This document shows, piece after piece, positions 59,123-64,000 of a stretch of 64,000 nucleotides of DNA. The first letter of the stretch is position 1. Each line of letters opens with the position of its first letter. The notes under the pieces are model-generated. The model was not told where the DNA came from. It was given only the letters and a program-made list of their open reading frames with translations, and ran no database searches. This stretch comes from Singulisphaera sp. GP187 (lineage in GTDB: Bacteria > Planctomycetota > GCA-002687715), in NCBI GenBank assembly GCA_945907755.1, contig CAMDTN010000007.1, forward strand, positions 856-64,855, in the 5' to 3' direction. A program made the translations under genes and the position numbers.

Positions 59123-61031
59123 AACACATGCAGCGGGTACGAAGCCGCACGAGCTTGTAGGAGCCGTCAGCTCGGATTCTGTGCTCGCTTGTCCACCCGC
59201 CATGCTCGCGGTCACGCTGGTTTTCCTTTGCACGCTCATTCTGTGCGGCAGCGTCGACACGCTCTTTCCCATCGCGAAGAAGCAACTGATGGGCGTTCAC
59301 AAGGAACTCGAAGATTCCACGCGCATGACTGCAACCATTGCGGATGGCACGCGCATGCGTTTGCTGGAAAGCGACTTGAAGCGCAGCTCTCGTGTGCGTT
59401 CGTGGGTGCTCAGTCCGTGGGCGTCGCTGCTGTACGCGCTGGGTGGGTGCATGCGGCGCGAAACTGTGGTGGGCACTGATGGTTGGCTGTACCTGCGCGA
59501 GCGCTTGCAACCAGTGGAGCATCTTTCCGACAGTGGCATCGATGCATTCGGTCCCGCGTTTACAGCGCTCGCGCGCCGCTGCGAAGCGTTGGGCACAAAA
59601 TTGGTGTTGGCGCCGGTGCCCGATAAGGCGTGGGTGCATCCGGAACATCTGCCCGCAGGGTTTGTGGCTTCAGACGCTGGCTACCAGCGTTTGGTGCGCA
59701 CACTGCGCGCGCGAGGGCTGGTGGTGGCGGATTTGCTGTCTGCGCTGAAGGCGGCAGAAGGCCAGCGTTACATGCGCACCGACACGCACTGGACGCCGTT
59801 GGGTTGTCGCATCGCAGCAGAGTGCATTGCTGACAGCGCAGGCATCAGTGTGCCGGTAGAGCAGCGCCCCGGGCGCGTTGTGCAAGACGCAACGCAGATT
59901 GATACTGGCGATATGTTGGTTCTCAGTGGCATCGAAGCGCCAGCGGTTCTCGAAGGTGGATTCGAAAGCCACATGCTTTCGTTCGCCAACCAATTGCATC
60001 AAGTGCCGTTGGAGCACATCGACTTCACCGACGCGCCGTTGAAGGCACCGGATCTCGTGCACCCATGGATTCTCGTGGGCACCAGTTTCTCCGCTTCGGG
60101 GCACTTCCAAGAATGCCTCGCGCGCAGTGCGTCGGAACGCCCGCTGGTGCGCTCACTGAGTGCAGTGACCGCTCCCATAGTGCTGCGCCAATTCGTAGCG
60201 GATCTTGAATTGGCAGTCACACACGGCATTCGCCCACGCGTAGCGGTGCTCGAGTTTCTGGCCACCGATGTATTGAACTCTGCCTATTCATTCACCGATT
60301 TTATGAAGGCGCAGGTTGGGCCGGCGCTGTCGGGATACTCGGAAACCCCTGCGGAATGGGGCATCGCGCTGTCGCAATCGTCGTTGCTGGTGCCGGGGGA
60401 ACACACGCTGGGGCCCAAGGGATTGGCTGCTTGGCTGCCACGCGGCGCACTGCTGCAACCGGCGGATGGTTGCTTGGCCTTGCTGCTGGAAGGTGCAGTG
60501 CTGGCAGGCGCACCGCGAGTGAGTGTGCAAGTGGGCGACACCCGATTGTCATTGCGCTGGGAGGCGAGTGCCACGCGCATGCTGATCCCCCTCGTTGGCG
60601 CGAGTCCTGCGGACAATTTGCGTGTTGCGCTGCAGGCGGCAGACGGCGCTCGTGTGCGCGTGGATTCGCTGCGCTTGATGACAACGCTGGCGGCAACAGC
60701 GCAGGCCGCAACGGTGGGCCTCGTGAATGCAGATGCCAGCGGCTTCACTCAGGACATTCAGTGTCCCGCCGAGTCGCGTCCGCATGCACTAGCGCTGCTG
60801 GAACTGGATGTCACGGGAACTCTTCCGGCGGCACTGCGCATCGCGGCGTTCGCGCCGATGGTTGACGGCGCTTCGCTGACGGCGTTCATGGACAAACCCA
60901 TTCGCACCACGCGCTTGCTGTTGCCGTTACCGCAAGAAACCCCTACCACGCTGCGCATCAGCGGCGCCGCGCCGGTTCCGAAGCGCCTCGTGCGCAAGGC
61001 GAGCGTATTGGTTCAGTCACCGCGGGGTTGA
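59094..61031 (+). CDS. AlgJ/AlgX-like SGNH O-acetyltransferase with C-terminal extension (start uncertain)
   Basis: G.DGWLY, PVPDK, TDTHWTP (DxH), GTSFS catalytic Ser. Confidence 0.85.
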   Translation: MCPSSTTNSETHAAGTKPHELVGAVSSDSVLACPPAMLAVTLVFLCTLILCGSVDTLFPIAKKQLMGVHKELEDSTRMTATIADGTRMRLLESDLKRSSRVRSWVLSPWASLLYALGGCMRRETVVGTDGWLYLRERLQPVEHLSDSGIDAFGPAFTALARRCEALGTKLVLAPVPDKAWVHPEHLPAGFVASDAGYQRLVRTLRARGLVVADLLSALKAAEGQRYMRTDTHWTPLGCRIAAECIADSAGISVPVEQRPGRVVQDATQIDTGDMLVLSGIEAPAVLEGGFESHMLSFANQLHQVPLEHIDFTDAPLKAPDLVHPWILVGTSFSASGHFQECLARSASERPLVRSLSAVTAPIVLRQFVADLELAVTHGIRPRVAVLEFLATDVLNSAYSFTDFMKAQVGPALSGYSETPAEWGIALSQSSLLVPGEHTLGPKGLAAWLPRGALLQPADGCLALLLEGAVLAGAPRVSVQVGDTRLSLRWEASATRMLIPLVGASPADNLRVALQAADGARVRVDSLRLMTTLAATAQAATVGLVNADASGFTQDIQCPAESRPHALALLELDVTGTLPAALRIAAFAPMVDGASLTAFMDKPIRTTRLLLPLPQETPTTLRISGAAPVPKRLVRKASVLVQSPRG

Positions 61032-61071
61032 ACGCTGGCGCGCCGAGATGCGGCGCACCAATTCATCATCC

Positions 61072-62505
61072 TCAGGACATCGGATGCGGTCGCAGCAAGA
61101 GCAGTCGCCTCTCTGTCATGTCTTCCATAGCAAAGCGCGGACCCTCGCGGCCCAGCCCCGAGTCTTTCACGCCGCCATAGGGCATATGGTCTGCGCGGAA
61201 GCCTGGAACATCGCCACAGACCACACCGCCAACTTCCAAGACGCGCAGCGCCTCGCTGATTTTGGCCCAATCTCGCGTAAAAATACCTGCTTGTAGCCCG
61301 AAGCGACTGCGGTTCACCGCGGCCAACGCATCTTCGTAGCGTGCGTAACGGCTTAAGACGATCACTGGTCCAAACGCCTCTTCGCACGAGATGAACGCCG
61401 ATTCCGGAACATCTTCCAACACGGTTGGCGCGAAGCACGCTCCGTTGCGAGTGCCACCGCACAACAGCTTCGCGCCACCAGCGACCGCAGCTGCGGTCCA
61501 GCTTTCCAAGCGTTGCGCATCGCCTTCGGTGATCAGTGGCCCAATCTGCGTGGCTTCGTCGTGGGGGTTGCCGCTGACAAGGGCACGGGTGCCGCGCACC
61601 AATTCCGCGCGCACCGCGTCGTAGCAATCTTCGTGCACGAACAAGCGCTGTGTCTTGATGCAGCTTTGCCCAGAGTTGTTGAAGGCACCCACCAAGATGC
61701 GAGCCACTGCGTCGGCGCTGTCCCAGTCGGGCTCCACGATGCACGCTGCATTGCCGCCCAGTTCCAACACCACTTTTTGTTTGCCCGCTTGGGCCTTCAA
61801 GTTCCAACCGACGGCGGGGGAGCCCGTGAACGACAACAATTTCAAACGCGCGTCGGTGCTGAACAGTGCGGCGGCGCTGCGCTCGCAAGGCAAGATGGAA
61901 AAACTGCCGTCCGGCATGCCTGCTTCGGCCAGCAATTCGCCAACAAGCAAAGCCACCAGCGGCGTGAGGCTCGCGGGTTTCAGCACGAAGGGACAACCAG
62001 CTGCGATGGCGGGTGCCACTTTGTGGGCCACCAAATTCAGGGGGAAATTGAAGGGCGTGATGAACGAACAAGGCCCAACGGGAACGCGCGTCCACAGGCC
62101 CATGTAACCGTCGCCGCGCGCAGTGACATCCATTGGCAGCACTTCGCCGTACTGGCGCACGGCCTCGCCGGCTGCAGTGTGGAATGTGTCGCACGCGCGG
62201 GCGACTTCGTTGCGCGCGTCGCGCAGCGGTTTGCCGGCTTCTGCACACAGCAGCGTGGTGAACTCGGCGGCTCGGGTGCGCAGTGCGGCTTCAATGTGCA
62301 GCAGGATGCGCTCGCGTTCGTGGGCGGCCAGCGCGGCCATGCGCGGGGCGGCTTCCACCGCCGCAGCGATGCCACGCAGAATGGTGGATTCGTCGGCGCG
62401 TCCGACGCGCGCAATAAGTGCCCCATCAAACTTATCGTGCACTTCGAAGCTCGCGCTGGTCGTCTCGCGCTTGGCCCCCACCCAGATCGGTTGCGCTGTT
62501 GCCAT
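61072..62505 (-). CDS. Aldehyde dehydrogenase family protein
   Basis: ITPFNFP, FTGS, LELGGNA, GQSC, EAFGP, PYGGVKDSGLGREG. Confidence 0.93.
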   Translation of the reverse strand: MATAQPIWVGAKRETTSASFEVHDKFDGALIARVGRADESTILRGIAAAVEAAPRMAALAAHERERILLHIEAALRTRAAEFTTLLCAEAGKPLRDARNEVARACDTFHTAAGEAVRQYGEVLPMDVTARGDGYMGLWTRVPVGPCSFITPFNFPLNLVAHKVAPAIAAGCPFVLKPASLTPLVALLVGELLAEAGMPDGSFSILPCERSAAALFSTDARLKLLSFTGSPAVGWNLKAQAGKQKVVLELGGNAACIVEPDWDSADAVARILVGAFNNSGQSCIKTQRLFVHEDCYDAVRAELVRGTRALVSGNPHDEATQIGPLITEGDAQRLESWTAAAVAGGAKLLCGGTRNGACFAPTVLEDVPESAFISCEEAFGPVIVLSRYARYEDALAAVNRSRFGLQAGIFTRDWAKISEALRVLEVGGVVCGDVPGFRADHMPYGGVKDSGLGREGPRFAMEDMTERRLLLLRPHPMS

Positions 62506-62513
62506 CACGGCGT

Positions 62514-63386
62514 TCAGCGAATGTTGCTGCGCAACTCGCCGTTGCGTTCGAAGGGGCCGGCGGAGAATTTCACTTCCAAACTGTCCACGGCATCGGGGCG
62601 CTTGCACGAAGCACCGGCACCGCCGCCTCAGCCATAGTCCAAATCGCCTGCGAGAGCAGTGGTCACACCGTTGCGCAGCACAAAGCGTGCGGGCACGCGT
62701 TCGCCGCCACGCAGCATGGTGGCCCCCAGCCCGCTGTCGCCTTGCACAGCGATTCCCACTTGCAGTTTGCTGCCTTTGGAAGACCAGTTCACGGTGGTGC
62801 TGACGCGCTGGTCAATGTCCAACACGAAGTCTTGTCCTGCGACGATGACAAACTCGCGGCCTTTGCCGCCAGCGGCCCACAATTGCCAATCTGTGTTTTC
62901 TTTGTCGCGGCGCTGCAAGCGATAGCCCGCAACACGCCAGCGGCCCGCGGCGATTGCGCGCGTTCCGCCTTGGGTTTTCGTCCACACCAAGCGCAACGGC
63001 CTGCGCGCAGCGTTAGGCACAGCGTCGTTCGGCAGCAACAACACAGACCCAGCGGCAAAGGGCACGCTGATGCGCCCTTCATCTGCTTGCGGCGCAGCTT
63101 CTGCATCGATGCGTTGTGGGCGTGGTTGCTCGGCAGCCAACAGCCAAGCTTGCAGCACTTGACGCTCTGGGGTGCTCTTCGGCGCCTTCGGCTGAATGCA
63201 GGCTGTGGTTGCGATGCGCTCTGCCCACAGCAAATCGCCGGGCACATTCTTGTCGGGCACGCCGTGACATTCTTCGCAGCGTTGCCACATCTTGGCCGCG
63301 GGCGACAGTTCCGCCGCAGGCGGTTGCTGCGCATTCAAAGGCAGCGCAGCCAGCAACAGGAGAACGCAGCAGATGCGGTGCAGCAT
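62514..63386 (-). CDS. Secreted monoheme c-type cytochrome-like protein; candidate selenoprotein (in-frame TGA 62628-62630; without readthrough it ends at 62628)
   Basis: Signal peptide, CEECH, and a 37-codon in-frame extension after the TGA that ends just before the ALDH start. Confidence 0.65.
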
Positions 63387-63390
63387 GGGC

Positions 63391-63645
63391 TCACGCCTCC
63401 GGTAGGAACAAACGCGGTTTGCAGCAAGCACGCCCGGGCCTGCAACTGTCTGGGCCCACCAGATCGCCGTCTTCGCCCAACGGCATCTGTGTGAAGACGC
63501 ACCAGAAGCCCGCGGTGGAAACGCCCGAGCCGGGGTATTCCTCCAGCAAGCTGCGGTTTTCCGAGGCGGTGTACATGGTCTTGGTGCAGAGGTGTTCGCA
63601 GGCATCGGCCGGCAAGCGCGAGCGATCAACTGGGAATATTTCCAT
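63391..63645 (-). CDS. Small Cys-rich hypothetical protein
   Basis: AAGGAGG RBS; C..LCTK.MY...FWC..T...G.DG......C...R.CC. Confidence 0.75.
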   Translation of the reverse strand: MEIFPVDRSRLPADACEHLCTKTMYTASENRSLLEEYPGSGVSTAGFWCVFTQMPLGEDGDLVGPDSCRPGRACCKPRLFLPEA

Positions 63646-63654
63646 GAGACCTCC

Positions 63655-64000
63655 TTAGCTCTTCCGTGCTCGAGCAGCAGCAGTGAGGATGGCGTTTTTC
63701 ACACAGGCGCGCAGCATCGTCACCTTGTAAGCGTTGTCGCGCAGCGGCGTGGCCCCTGCGATGGCGGCATCGGCAGCGGCCCACGCGGCCGCTTCATTGG
63801 GCACCTTTCCGTTCAGCACGGCTTCCGCCGCTTCGCGCCGCAACGGGACAGGTGCCACAGCGCCAATGACGATGCGCACATCGCTGGCCTTGTCGCCGTC
63901 GAGGGTCAAGCGCGCAGCGCAAGCGACCAAGCCCCAGTCGTAGGACTGCTTCTCGTTCACCTCTTCAAAGGCCGAGCCGCTCCGGCCGCTGAGTGGTTTG
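63655..64000 (-). CDS. Xanthine dehydrogenase family FAD-binding subunit (PaoB/YagS-like), C-terminal part
   Basis: EKQSYDW.LV, RIVIGAVAPVP.R..AE..L.G, ATPL.DNAYKV. Confidence 0.85.
   Translation of the reverse strand, partial: KPLSGRSGSAFEEVNEKQSYDWGLVACAARLTLDGDKASDVRIVIGAVAPVPLRREAAEAVLNGKVPNEAAAWAAADAAIAGATPLRDNAYKVTMLRACVKNAILTAAARARKS

Overview
GC-rich bacterial chromosomal window. By eye it is about 60-65% GC, and the gene content suggests an uncultured Planctomycetota lineage (inference). It holds about 45 densely packed CDS: a methionine cluster (ArsR/methyltransferase-metH, two PLP enzymes), secreted beta-propeller/LamG proteins sharing a C-terminal domain, Uup, a fused Nfn-like oxidoreductase, an NMT1-type ABC transporter, EF-P, GH36, SNF2, ugd, an M1 peptidase, rlmN, a glycogen debranching enzyme, algI/algJ, ALDH and the end of a xanthine-dehydrogenase-family operon. 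There are two tRNAs (Pro-GGG, Val-TAC). The three most notable unannotated signals follow. (1) A ~700-nt non-coding transcription unit at 8315-9050 has a sigma70-like promoter, a boxB/boxA-like antitermination leader, a ~400-nt multi-stem RNA closed by a long-range helix, and a terminator; it is possibly GOLLD/ROOL-like. (2) Two in-frame UGA codons, one in a CxxCH protein and one in an FG-GAP protein, are each followed at +13 by a hairpin with a CGUGY loop, suggesting selenocysteine recoding. (3) A RAYT-like HUH nuclease has inverted ends and G-tract flanks, and an 8-mer (GCACTAAT) recurs 10 times around it, flipping orientation at the gene. All calls were made by eye, with no database searches.
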